Shown piece after piece: positions 24,886 to 36,672 of a stretch of DNA of 64,000 bases. The stretch covers positions 7,936,001 through 8,000,000 of the forward strand of contig CM120641.1 of assembly GCA_051362555.1 (NCBI GenBank). Direction: 5' to 3'. How positions within the stretch are numbered: the first letter of the stretch is position 1; each line of letters opens with the position of its first letter. Source of the stretch: Lingula anatina (taxonomy: Eukaryota; Animalia; Brachiopoda). The position numbers and the translations under genes were made by a program. Under the pieces are notes generated by a model, which had not been told where the DNA came from, did not search any database, and saw nothing but the letters and a program-made list of their open reading frames with translations.

Positions 24886-27401
24886 TATCACGGCGGGTTT
24901 GGGGATCAGATCCACCGCGACATGGTCCAAGAATAAATAAGCAAGACTTAGAATATATTTCCACAAAGTACGGTTTATTCCTGGTTGAGAGCTGGGACCT
25001 CCAGTCAGCTTGTTCAGCTGTCTGGTGTGGCCACGTCCAGTCTTCCCTTCTCAGAGAATACATACAAGTTATATAGCCTATTTGAACAAAGAACAATTAA
25101 CAATGAACTAAATTACAGGTAGGAGGATGACTTATGATTAAATTATAATTAAAGAGCATGGTCGGAGACGTCTGGCTATACTAACAGAGAGACCACTGTC
25201 TGACCATCTCCTTTGAAGTTAAATGATACATCTGACCCATTAATTTTATAATAATACAGTTGTGATAGATCTCCCTTGGTTGGCAAAATTTGTGCTTCAA
25301 ATTTTAAAATTAAACAATATTTAAATGATATATCTTATTCAGTATCATGTACTCAAACATAGTTTGTAGAACTTAGTCTGAACTTAATGCAACAAAGATT
25401 ACATATATATATGCAAATGTTACACTTTACTCACTACATGTGCTGCATTACATATTTCGCTTACAACATGAATTTAAAATGTGTCTGTCTCCCTATAGGA
25501 TCAGTTGCAGGCAGCAACATTGTAGCCTTGCAGACTTGAACCTCTTTCTGCATTGCCCCTTCTATCGGTATGCTACATGTACGTGCCCTTACATTCGCCT
25601 GTCAACAAACACTACTTCAGCACCAACATATCTACTTATCCTTTCAAACAAAATATGTCACTCTAAAACATTTTGTAGATAACAGCAGTCATATTCATGG
25701 AACAATGTAAGTTTACATTTTCATAAAAATTATTACATAAGTTCTTAGACTAGTCTATCTGAAACAAGTTAAATTTACACAGATACAACACATATCAAAA
25801 TTTTAGTGCAAAAGTTGAGCATAGACAAACAATATAATTAAAAATACAAATATGAGTAAGAAGTTATTACAGTGTTTAACTAAGTATGTCCCTGCTCTCA
25901 CCCGTGTGGCTCTGAAGGTGGAGAATAGGAGAAATAAAGGCTTGACCAGCTTCTCAACTAAAGCCAGCTAGAAAAAATAGGCCTACAGGTCAAAAGAGAA
26001 GATTTAAGAAGAGAGAGACCACACCAGGTTTAAACAAGAACTTATCAGTTTCTCATTAAACAAGCCAAGATTTAATAATTGTTATAAAGATGTCTTTTGC
26101 CTTTTCCTCTTTGATCAGAGTTTCTGTGATTTCCTCGTTGTTTGTGCCCCAATTCTTTGTTCAGTTTTTGGATTTTCTTTTGCAACAATTAATTTTCATC
26201 ATAAATTTCACAATATAGTTTGGCATTGTTCTTTGCAGTGTTGAAAGTTATAAGATATATATGTATGATGTCATCTATTGTTTTGTCCTTTTTAAATTTC
26301 AAGGTGTTGTCTATCACAAGGGTGCCAAGTCCATGATTTATTATAACATTGCTGAATCTTTTCAGATCTTCTTCAGATTTGCACACTGTTTCTTCTAACA
26401 TATTTATCCTCGATTCTCTTTTTGAAATTGTGCTTTCCAAACTCTGCATGGTTTTTAGGTTCTGGTCCAACTGTGATTCTTTCCTTTGGGCCTCTTTAGT
26501 AAGTTTATGGCACTCACCTTGTAATAGTTGCAGTTCTGTTTTGGAGGTTGCAGATAAGTCTATAACATCAGCCAAATTTTCACACTCTTTGAATGGTAAA
26601 TCGGTCCGGATATTGATTTTTGAAATACTATTTTCTTCTGTCACAGGTAACTTACTTGTGTCTACGGTTTCTTCAGATAAAGGAACAGCCCTTCTCATTT
26701 CTCTCTCTTCCAGCCATTTTTGTTTTCTCTGTTTATATCTCCTTATTCTAGATGGTGTCTTTTTCTTCTCTACTTTCATTGCTGAGAGGGTGTTGACCTC
26801 ACTGCTCATCATTTTCGGTGTCCTTGGGTCTGTTTTCCACTTCAGGGTAATGAATAGTTCTTCACCCACCTTACTCACGCTGTACATTGATGGTACTTGG
26901 TCGACTTCCAGTAGAATATTAAAAATATCTGCTGGTAAGATATTTTGTCTCCCAAGTCTTTCCATCTTTGTTCTGTGAGGTACTGGGGAAGTTGAAATGC
27001 CCACAGGTTCTCCAACAGTTATCACGGCGGGTTTGGGGATCAGATCCACCGCGACATGGTCCAAGAATAAATAAGCAAGACTTAGAATATATTTCCACAA
27101 AGTCCGGTTTATTCCTGGTTGAGAGCTGGGACCTCCAGTCAGCTTGTTCAGCTGTCTGGTGTGGCCACGTCCAGTCTTCCCTTCTCAGAGAATACATACA
27201 AGTTATATAGCCTATTTGAACAAAGAACAATTAACAATGAACTAAATTACAGGTAGGAGGATGACTTATGATTAAATTATAATTAAAGAGCATGGTCGGA
27301 GACGTCTGGCTATACTAACAGAGAGACCACTGTCTGACCATCTCCTTTGAAGTTAAATGATACATCTGACCCATTAATTTTATAATAATACAGTTGTGAT
27401 A
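24886..27401 (-). mobile_element. Young non-autonomous LTR retroelement: 382-bp LTRs (24886-25267 and 27020-27401), CATT target-site duplication
   Basis: Direct repeats in which I found one mismatch (agtAcgg vs agtCcgg); each LTR is bounded by TATCAC...GTGATA; CATT at 24882-24885 and 27402-27405; PBS-like tgttggagaacctgtgggcat next to the 5' LTR and purine tract aagggaga next to the 3' LTR on the minus strand. Confidence 0.9.
26189..26965 (-). CDS. Intronless 258-aa ORF inside the LTR element (basic KKKTPSRIRR motif plus coiled coil), function unknown
   Basis: First ATG at 26965 (MERLGRQ...), just downstream of the PBS-like site; the ORF-track start at 27100 is a TTG inside the LTR; no CCHC knuckle, protease, RT or integrase motif visible. 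Confidence 0.7.
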   Translation of the reverse strand: MERLGRQNILPADIFNILLEVDQVPSMYSVSKVGEELFITLKWKTDPRTPKMMSSEVNTLSAMKVEKKKTPSRIRRYKQRKQKWLEEREMRRAVPLSEETVDTSKLPVTEENSISKINIRTDLPFKECENLADVIDLSATSKTELQLLQGECHKLTKEAQRKESQLDQNLKTMQSLESTISKRESRINMLEETVCKSEEDLKRFSNVIINHGLGTLVIDNTLKFKKDKTIDDIIHIYLITFNTAKNNAKLYCEIYDEN

Positions 27402-28968
27402 CATTTTAGAGATTTTGACTTATAGGGATGCCTTGGACCTTAGCAAAATGTGGGACTGTGGTTTAAACTGTTTTTCGCAATGAAAAATACGGTGACCTGG
27501 CTAAACCGAGTTTCCTGCAGTGAGAAAGGCAGCACTTTTATATCGCTATGACATCAGTTAGGTGAACTGATTTAGGAAAGTTGATCTTTTCATATTTAAA
27601 CAAACTAAAATGTCAGAAATAAAGTTAAGAAAGCAGGGATGAATATGCATTATATAAATTAAACTGGATGGAACAATTCAGCCTTTTTACATTTGATAAC
27701 ATCCGGAACAAAACACTGCAAGAACAATCAAAATGACAATTGTAAAATGAAACCGTATGTATGCAAGGAAAACTCATCTTAACACAACAGTTACAGCTTC
27801 AAATATATATATATTGATTGTTAAATTGTCATTTTTATTATTGTTGCCCAGTTTTTAAAAAGATATATGCAATGCACAAGCAAATGTGAAAACTAGTTTG
27901 CCAACAAAAATGGCAATCTCACAGCCTGTTCAGTAACAAGCAATTATGTATTACAAATATTGTATTTTTTTTATTTGTTGTGAAGCTTTTCACAGCTGAC
28001 TATTTTTGGAGTTTTTTGACAAAATGGTTGCACAATTGGAAAAAAAATGCCATTGACTTTTTTGCTGTTATGTATGTATTCATTTGGGAAAGTAAGTGGA
28101 ATAAAATTGTTTTAGTTAACTGCTTTGATTTTATCTTAAATAATTTTAGATTCACAAAATTTTGTAGGTGCAACATTTTTTATTAGAATGATAGAAAATT
28201 TATTTGCTCTTTTCAGCAAAGGAAATTTGGGTATAAATTGTGTTCATGGTGCTCGGCACATCACATATAACCAGTTCTTTCCCATATGTGTTAGTCCAGA
28301 TGTGAACTTGTGAATGTCTCAAGTCATTCAATATTAATTTTTGTCTTATATAAAGCAGTTTTCAGTTCATCAATCATTAATGTTGGACATCAATCATTAA
28401 TGTAGAAGTCCAAATTTAAGGATCTTTATTTCTTTTATAATGTCTTAACTCACACACATACTTCTAACATTACTGCCACACGGATACAGCAGAAATAACA
28501 GGATTAATTAAAAATTAACAATTTTTATTTGTAACTCAACCAATCATTTGCTCTCTACAAATGTGCTCAAATAAATAAAAGCATTCCATTTTTTCTGCAG
28601 ACTTATTATATCTTGGCATGATAACTGGTTATACAGTGTTTGGAGGGGGGGGGGGGGGGATGCTGAATGCTGTAGTAAATCTATGCCTTATTAGCTAGAA
28701 AGATGGTGCAAGTTGCAACCTTACAAATACATTTTAGCTTATGATGGACTAGACAGTAAAATCAGGTTCCTTAAGCCAAATATAACAGGCATGCCAGACT
28801 TATGACTCTGCTAACCTCTACCAGGGCCACAGTTATTATTGTGGACATTTTTTGCTGAGGCGACTAAGAGCCAAAATGACTGTCTATTTATCTATAGACA
28901 CATCTGTGAATATCTGTGGAAAATCAATCTGTCGCCCTGGTATAGGGTATGACTCTGCAGTGTTTCCT

Positions 28969-30139
28969 TCAATTGTTACCTTTTTTGTGACTAAAGTAAA
29001 CTACAAAGAATGGTCTGTGTCTCTTCCTGTTGTGTTTTTCATCTGTTACAAGATGAACTTGTCTTGCAGCTCTAGCAGCTTGAACCCCAGGGCGTATGCT
29101 ATTCACTCTAACTTCTAGTCCCTTGAAGAGGTGTGGTTGATGTACAAATAAAGATACAGCTTCCGTGGCATCAAACTGCAGCCATTCAGAGGTATGGATG
29201 TTCACCAATCTGAAAAGAAAAAAAAATCTTGTAAAGATGGCTCCTTAAGTTAAATATTTTACATATTTTGAAAAAGAAAAAAGCACATTACTAGATAAAC
29301 GAGTGATGGGATGTCATTTTTCCTAGCTTTGTGGCATTATGATTTTGAAATGACATCTAAAAAGGAAGACAAAATCCATCCACATTTACTTAATAAAGTA
29401 TGTATAAAATATACTGCAACAGTGCAAAAAGCTCAGAAGTGTAATTTAAGATCAAAATATTACTGTAATAAATTATATTACCTTGAATCAAGTGGCATGA
29501 CTGCTTTATCCTTGATGAGGTATAAACTCACTCTGGCTTGTCGAGGGAACATTCTTCTTTCACTTGGCCTCGAACCATATTTGTATACTTTTAAGGCAGC
29601 ATATAATATTTGTGAATGTCGAAATATCCTACGCTTTACTTGCATTTTGATTCTGTGATGAATTGAAGTAGTGTATACTACTTTAGTGTGAATACCTGAA
29701 ATTATGAATTTTCATTTTTAGTTATTAGCTTATGGAATTTCTAACATATCTTTACTCCGAGTTCAGTGAATTCTTGACTCTTTGTAAAAACAATTATTTT
29801 AATTATACAATAAGTTTATACTTAAGTGTTTCATTAAGAAAGAGAAAAATCTTAAAGGTGACATAAAATGTGATCTTTTCCAATGTTTTGCAGTATGGTA
29901 AAATCACCTGTGGGATAACTGGTGAAAGAATTCCTAAAAACTTGAGCAAGACTGGGAACTGCACCATCATTCAGCATCATGTCAGCGTTTGAATTCTGGT
30001 TGTTCTCTTCCCCAGAATATTCTTCCATCTCACTGGTAGATGGGGTAGACTGATCCAAAGGCAGAGCAAAGCTATTTGAAATTGTAACAGCACATCGCAC
30101 AGCAAGCAGAAATACTTTCCAAACAGTATCAGTGTCCAT
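28969..30139 (-). CDS. Lefty-like TGF-beta-family pro-region protein, 228 aa, apparently without the cystine-knot domain. Exons 30139-29908, 29695-29482, 29209-28969
   Basis: Canonical GT/AG sites give one open frame (232+214+241 nt) with an N-terminal signal-like peptide and VPSLAQVFR, YAALKVYK, ARVSLYLI, LDSRLVNIHTSEWLQFDATEAV, LEVRVNSIRPGVQAARAARQVH, RPFFVVY, collinear with Lefty pro-region motifs. Confidence 0.8.
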
Positions 30140-30175
30140 GATGAAAAGAAATGGGAATACGGATCCTGGAAGCTG

Positions 30176-30250
30176 CTTTATATATATTCCATCATGCAGT
30201 AATCAGACTGTCTGACTGCTTGACAATTGTTTATAATTACCAAGTCTGAC
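30176..30250 (-). promoter_or_regulatory. TATA box and clustered Smad-binding-like motifs upstream of the Lefty-like gene
   Basis: Minus-strand TATATATAAA about 40 nt before the ATG; CAGAC 30204-30208, GTCTG 30210-30214 and 30244-30248. Confidence 0.45.
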
Positions 30251-30506
30251 AGATTTCAAGTGGTACAAATTACAATACAGTGGTCATTATGAAGAGAAGT
30301 GTGCATAATTTGTGACTCTACAGGTGGTTTACCCAAATGTGTCAAATCCTGTTGATACAAGCACAACTGTTTCTCACTTCATACACACCTAATGCACTGA
30401 GAAGAGCTTAGCAGTTAAACAATCTCATATCAAATAAATTGTGAAACTAGAGACAGCTAGCTCATCTACTCCAATTGTAATGGACAGACAAAAACATCAT
30501 TCCAAA

Positions 30507-31854
30507 TCAACAAAATATATCATCTTCAACTGAATTTTTTCCTGGGGCTTCCTCTGTTTGATTTATAGAGTTTGAAAGAACTAATTCATTTCTCCCATTT
30601 AGATTTTCATATCCATTGTTTGGAGAGGAGCCCGAGGAGCTGCCAAGTCTTTGTAACCTTGCCTGCTGGACTTGTTGTCTTTTAATGCCTGGACTTATTT
30701 TGGAGTGAACTGAAATTCTGATTGATAAAGAAGCCTGTGATATTTCTTCATCCTGAGATTCTGCTGAGAAAAGACCTCTTCTTCTCAAATCCTCAGGAGT
30801 TGCTGGAACAGTCTGGTCACCTGAATTTCAAAATGTGTTTGATAAAGTTAAATATAATCATTAGGCATAAGGCATTATTAAAATCTTAAAATATATGTGA
30901 TTGAATTTTTTCTTTCAATATGAATTGCATACAGAATCACAGCATGTTAGCAGACAAAAGTTACAAATTTACCTTCATTTGTGGGCTTTCCTTTTCCTCT
31001 TTTGAGTTTTGAATCTGCTTGCTGCATGCTTGTAATTCCATTTCCTACAAATTGTAAGACATTTAGCATAAGCTGTACAATGTCATAAAATTAACAAATA
31101 AAAGTGTTGAAAAAAGAAAATGAAAATTTCAAAATAAATTTCATTCACTGAGAGAACATTAACCTACTTTTGTAGGCTTTAATCTTCTCCTATTCCTTTA
31201 TCTATATTTTTGCCAAAGAGGCACATACAGATTTTTTGGATAAGTACTACAAAAAAGCTGATGCATGCTAAGGAAATCTGTTTTTAACAGAATGAACTGT
31301 TGTTTTCAGTCATGTTCCTAAGCTGTATGTGTGAGATGAAATGATAAACACGTGTGTTAAGCCCCCTTTACACTGAACGGCGTCCTTTCTGCGTCCAGCA
31401 GTACGGCCCCATTTGAGAGTTAAAAAAATTATAATACTTTACGGCCGACAACTGGCCGATCATTGAGCATTCATTCTGATACAAAATCGATGCTTGTGTC
31501 TCCTTATTAAGACCACAGGGATGCCAAATTTCATGGTCGCAGAAAGGACGCCGTCCAGTGTAAAGGGGGTATTACCAGATGAGGAGTGGTGGTGAAAGGG
31601 GTAGTTCATAGGTATGCTTACTCATGGTAATAAGTGGTGTGACAGTCATTCTCTGCTGATGCAGAACTTCATTCATGCTTGGTGTTCTTGGGGCAGATGC
31701 TCTTTCCACTGAATTTAAACCATAGCACATATTTCACAGGTAGATATAATAAAACAAAAAATAGAAATTCTAAACATTCACAGCAAAAAGTTTCATAAAA
31801 ATGAATGAAATATAAAAGCTTTCTTTTACAGAAGAAACAAAACCATATTCTCTT

Positions 31855-31889
<35 letters not shown>

Positions 31890-32129
31890 AAGTATTAAAT
31901 GTACGAAAATATTTCAGGATAAATTCTGTAATGATTAAACTCTGCTAACCTTACACTAATATCTAAACTTTTATGAAATAACATTAAACTACTTCATTTT
32001 ACCTGGAATTTTAGAATATCCCTGGTTATTATTCTGTATTGTGGGAACTACCCCAAATGTTGGATGTACTTGATACTGTTCACCAAGACTTGGTGTGCCA
32101 GGAACACAGTGATAAGGAGAATTTGTCAT
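30507..32129 (-). CDS. Small spliced gene of unknown function (exons about 32130-32003, 31708-31576, 31044-30973, 30821-30507); reading frame ambiguous
   Basis: Four AG/GT-bounded segments of higher GC; last two splice to MELQACSKQ...VPATPEDLRRRGLFSAESQDEEISQ...DDIFC; probable 5' exon with donor near 32272 and CCAAT-like motif near 32520. Confidence 0.45.
31361..31570. mobile_element. MITE-like element with about 30-bp terminal inverted repeats
   Basis: ccccctttacactgaacggcgtcctttctgcg / cgcagaaaggacgccgtccagtgtaaaggggg. Confidence 0.8.
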
Positions 32130-35100
32130 TCTTAAAAACAGAAATATGTAAACTCCGTAGACAAATAAGCAAAACCTGATCAAAATTTAGGATTTATGCA
32201 ATCTAATCTTCAGCTGTGTACATTCTTTAGACTTGCAAGAATAAGCTTTATGGGACGAAGACCTACTGCATACCTGCTCAACTGCTCTCACAACATGAAA
32301 AGTGTCCCAAGGGGAATCGCAATTAATACCAACATGAAAACTTCTGGAAATGAAATATAGAAGAAGGTCTCTACTTTAAGAAAAAAAAGCAAGAGAACGG
32401 CTATGACAGCAAAAATCAACTTGGCGGGCAACATTTCTATTCACTTGCGATCGTCGTCTGGTGAATTCGGATCAGATAAACTTTGGTCCAATAGATATCG
32501 CTGTTACTATCAAATGACTGATTGGTCAAAAGAAAAGTAGGTCATTTGCCCTGACAAAATAGATGCCAAAATGAGATCCTGATAATATTGCCTAAGAAAA
32601 TGACACTTTGTTCAAAACTATTTTCAAAGGACGCCCAAATAATCAACTGAATTTTATAACACAAATTTGACTTTTTCAGTGTGGAACCGGCTATGGGGAG
32701 GGGGAGGGGTGGGGTAGTAATCACAATTCAAGGGAAATAAAATCACCAATTCAAAAATCACATTTAATTTACATCTCACTGATAATGCACGTCGAAAATC
32801 CTCAAAATCACAAATCACCAGGTATACTGACTGTTTTACGAAGGGTGGAGAATAAAAGGGCGCATCCACGAGTCATGTGAATGGGGTGCTTCACGTTTCA
32901 CGCATCTCGGGAAACAAAAAAGCCGACAAAAAAGTGGTTTTCGCGGGTAGCGAAAAAACCCTCGCTATTAGCGCGACCGCAAATGTAGTATATTAAAATC
33001 ATTCTCATGTCGTACCCGCGTTTTAATGCATCTTATTATGCAAAAGCGTAAAGGTTAATATACATGTAGGCGCCTCTCTCTCTATCGACACACAGATATC
33101 TCACTTTCTCATGTTCTAAATCATGTTTCACATCGTCATTGAGAAAACTACATGTAAGCGACTTCTCTACTGTTGTACTGTCATAAATGCCTTTGACATA
33201 TATCGACTGGATTACTGTACTACAAAAATAGTCTACTGTACTAATCTCCGCAAGAAAAAAGTCAAACGTCTACAGCACATTCAAAAATTGGCATCACCGC
33301 TCGTGTCTTTGTACCCGCACACCTAGTGACAGCTAGTCACATCACACCTATCCTCAAACAACTTCACTGAAGGTCGGTGTGTGTTAGACGGAATTTAATC
33401 TTCCCAAATTTTCTAAGATTTTATTTACAAAAATATTAATATAATAAAAAAGAATAAAAATGGCCCAGTTATGATAAATAGTTGCACAAAAAACAGTACT
33501 TGACGAACGAAATTGACTGAGTTTACAGACTGATCCCTAGGGAGTAAGTGCGCTAACGCTACGGTACATGCACCAAACGTTATTGCTATTCATTGAATTT
33601 CTAATATAACTAGAATTATAAAGCTTTGTAAAAACATAACATTATATAGTATTACACAAAAATCAAACTGTTAAAATTAGAATGCTCTCAAAAGATGGCC
33701 CTCGAGCATTTACTGGTATTCTTCAGACGTCGTACAATGATAAACATAAAAAAGAAAAAAGAAAAAAAAAAAAAAAAGAAAAAAAGACCAGTATCAGTTT
33801 CAAAACTTTTTTACAGTGCAGAGCTGTTAAACATGGAACGCAGATCCAGTTAAAAATACAGACATAAACATAATGAAATAAATATTTTTGCTTATGTGTT
33901 AATCAATTGATGCATAAATGTGTTAATTTTAATGCTTTTTTATTACTTTCGTTCATTGCAATGTCTTACTGTGCACAGCTGGTGGTAATTTCTTTCATAT
34001 ATGTAAATATTAAAAATATGTACCCCTGAAATCTAGTGACAAAATACAATCCTGTTGGCAAAACCAGACTTCAAAGTTATATCAGACCAAGGGGATTTTG
34101 AATATTTCATACTACAAAGATATATCTTATTATAAATAAGATATATCAATGATATCATTTTGTCATTTTTTTGTTATTGATTTATTGTAGCTTCTTTCAT
34201 GTATAATGATGGACATAACCTTTTCTTTTATTTCCTGTATGACTCCCAATCACTTGTCAATTTAGTTATTTGTAAGCATGTGTTAAATCAACATTTATTC
34301 TTAACAACTTTTTTCATGAAAAACCATGCTAAGTTTTGTAAGAACATTTACCCCAAAACAGTAAAATAGATATTTGATAAGCACTTTTATGCATGTATGA
34401 TAAAGACCATAACTATTGCACTATTATTCAGAAAGATTTGCATTATAAATCTTATAATTTCACTTTTTCCTTTTCATTTGCCATTTACACCTGGTTTATG
34501 ATACAAGTATTCCATATTCCATATCTTTCCCAGACTGGAGACGCATTTCAAACGATCCTTTAGGATATTAAATTAATAATTATTATGCATATTCTGGTTA
34601 TTCACAAAAATTATATACCTTAAAATGTATCTTTTTTTATATTTTCAAAAAGTTACATTGATATTATTAATAAGAGCTATTTTTCCATTTCATTTCCATC
34701 TGTGTATTTCTTACCAGCTTATGTTTGGCACTGATAAAATTCCACAAAAACAGGGTGCCAGTATTAAATGAATGGATAAAAGCAATATGTCTAACAAGTG
34801 AACATCCTTTTAACGACAATGCATGGAGCATATGTCTTGAATAACCTAAAATCATTTGTAAATAATCCGTGTTTTTAACACAAGGTACATTACACACTTT
34901 TTCAATAATGAAATTACTAATCCTGGTCAAAGACGAATTATTTTACAAATATAAGCAGTAATCCTGTTGGCGAAACCAGATTTCTAAACTTTTATTTAAC
35001 AAAGTTATTATATCAGACCAAGGGAATGTTGAATATTTCACAGTACAAAGATATATCTTATATGAATGTATGAATAAATGTATCCATTAAAATAGGATGT

Positions 35101-35429
35101 GTTGAGAGAACCATTGTAAATGTACAAATATTGATTCTTTCGCAAAGAACCGGGTTGATCAATAATTCAAGGGTTCTTATGTGTATATCCATGACAAAAA
35201 GATCCCAGAGCTTTGCCAGTGATGAAACAAAAGGTTTATTAAAGGCACGGCTGATACCTGATTGACAAAGGCATTAGAGCACTATTTTAGCAGGAACCAA
35301 GTATAAATCTTTTTAAAACGGCTTCCATGCCAAATGAATACAAATGTGCAGCACAAGTAAAATATTTCACAAGCTTCGACATGGTTTGTTCTAATAAAAT
35401 AACTTCAATATCCAGTTACATATTTACAG

Positions 35430-36672
35430 TCATACTATTCCATTCAGTTTGAAATGTTCATAATCATTGTAGTGTAGTTTCTCAACCTCTTTAAGCTCAG
35501 TTTTCAATATATTATTATGTCCTTCAAACTTGAAATATCCTGAAAATTTTGCTCCTTTCAAGAAGATTGGGAACCAATATTTGTCATCTGGCCACATGTC
35601 ATTGAATGGGATACTGTGAATATTGTACCACTGGGGCCTCATTTCTGAAAAGAGTATTGTATTAATTTTGAGATTAAGAATATCTGCTTTTCTCAAAAAT
35701 CAGGTATTGACTAAATTTTAACATGTTCAAAAAAATTTAACTAATTTCAAACTGATATCTGTGTATATATAATCAGGATGATGTAGAAAATCACTGAATA
35801 CATAGTCAAAACAGAGAAGTGTAATCCAAATCATTCAAATTACCTTCAGACTCTGTAGGTTCTCCTTTAAAAGTATCTGCTGTAAAAACATGAACTTCCA
35901 ACCACTGTGGATCACCAACAAATTCAAACTTCAGGAGCCCTATTTCCTCCAGTGAGTGAGCTTCCACTCCACATTCTTCGTGGAGTTCTCTAAATGTGAA
36001 ACCAAAATTTATAAATTGAGAGAAAGGGGGGGAGGGGGTGGGGGGTAAATGTATCAAAACACACTTTGAAATCTCACAGCCTGAAAAAATTGTAATAGCC
36101 CCAGGTTTTAAAAATAATCCAACCATCAACCCACTATAAATACGTTGGAATTAACTGTAAATGCATGTATCTGAATGCATTAGTGCATCTGTATAGGTCA
36201 CATTGCCTCTTAAATCAAGGATAATTCTGTAAATAATTTGGGGAATGGGCTATAAAACTTTGCCCATTATTGGATAAATGCTGACTACTAATGATTTTTT
36301 AAAATGACAGAAATAATGCATATTTTGTATGGTTTTCACTTAAATCTGAATTAATTATCATTTATATTATACAGACAAAAAATCCATGACAAATGTTATT
36401 CTAAATAAAGCTATGGAAAAGTGTTCATACTTAAGACAACTATTCTTTTACTCTGATAACAAAAACAAAAATATGCCTCAGGTTATAAACCATGGCATAG
36501 TCAATATGTGTGAAAATTACCTCGCTGCAGCTTGTTGTATTGTCTCTCCTTGCTCTACTTTGCCACCAAACCCATTCCATCTGCCCACTCCAAACCCCTT
36601 CTTCTTATAACCAAGTAGCACTCTATTGCACTGTCGAATCAGAACCAAGGTTAAAAGTTTATTTGCTACCAT
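35430..36672 (-). CDS. NUDT1: Oxidized purine nucleoside triphosphate hydrolase (MTH1). Exons 36672-36521, 35988-35844, 35644-35430; likely 5' UTR exon ending near 37869
   Basis: [58 protein letters not shown] (Nudix box)...ESEEMRPQW...[10 protein letters not shown]. Confidence 0.95.

Noticed and set aside
26349-26978. 209-aa plus-strand ORF
   Set aside because: Antisense shadow of the coiled-coil ORF in the LTR element; TTG start and S/L/F-rich composition
27402-28968. Possible fourth (cystine-knot) exon of the Lefty-like gene
   Set aside because: Minus-strand frames I read give only short CC-containing peptides (CCIRVAV*, CCLSHCR*) with no W-I-x-x-P, CxGxC or terminal CxC; AATAAA signals lie near 28525 and 28427. 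This was a manual scan, not exhaustive
33530-33572. tRNA/SINE-like A-box fragment on the minus strand
   Set aside because: No B box or cloverleaf can be supported
35215-35265. GTGATGA...CTGA resembling a C/D box snoRNA
   Set aside because: Too short, not intronic, no terminal stem or recognisable guide
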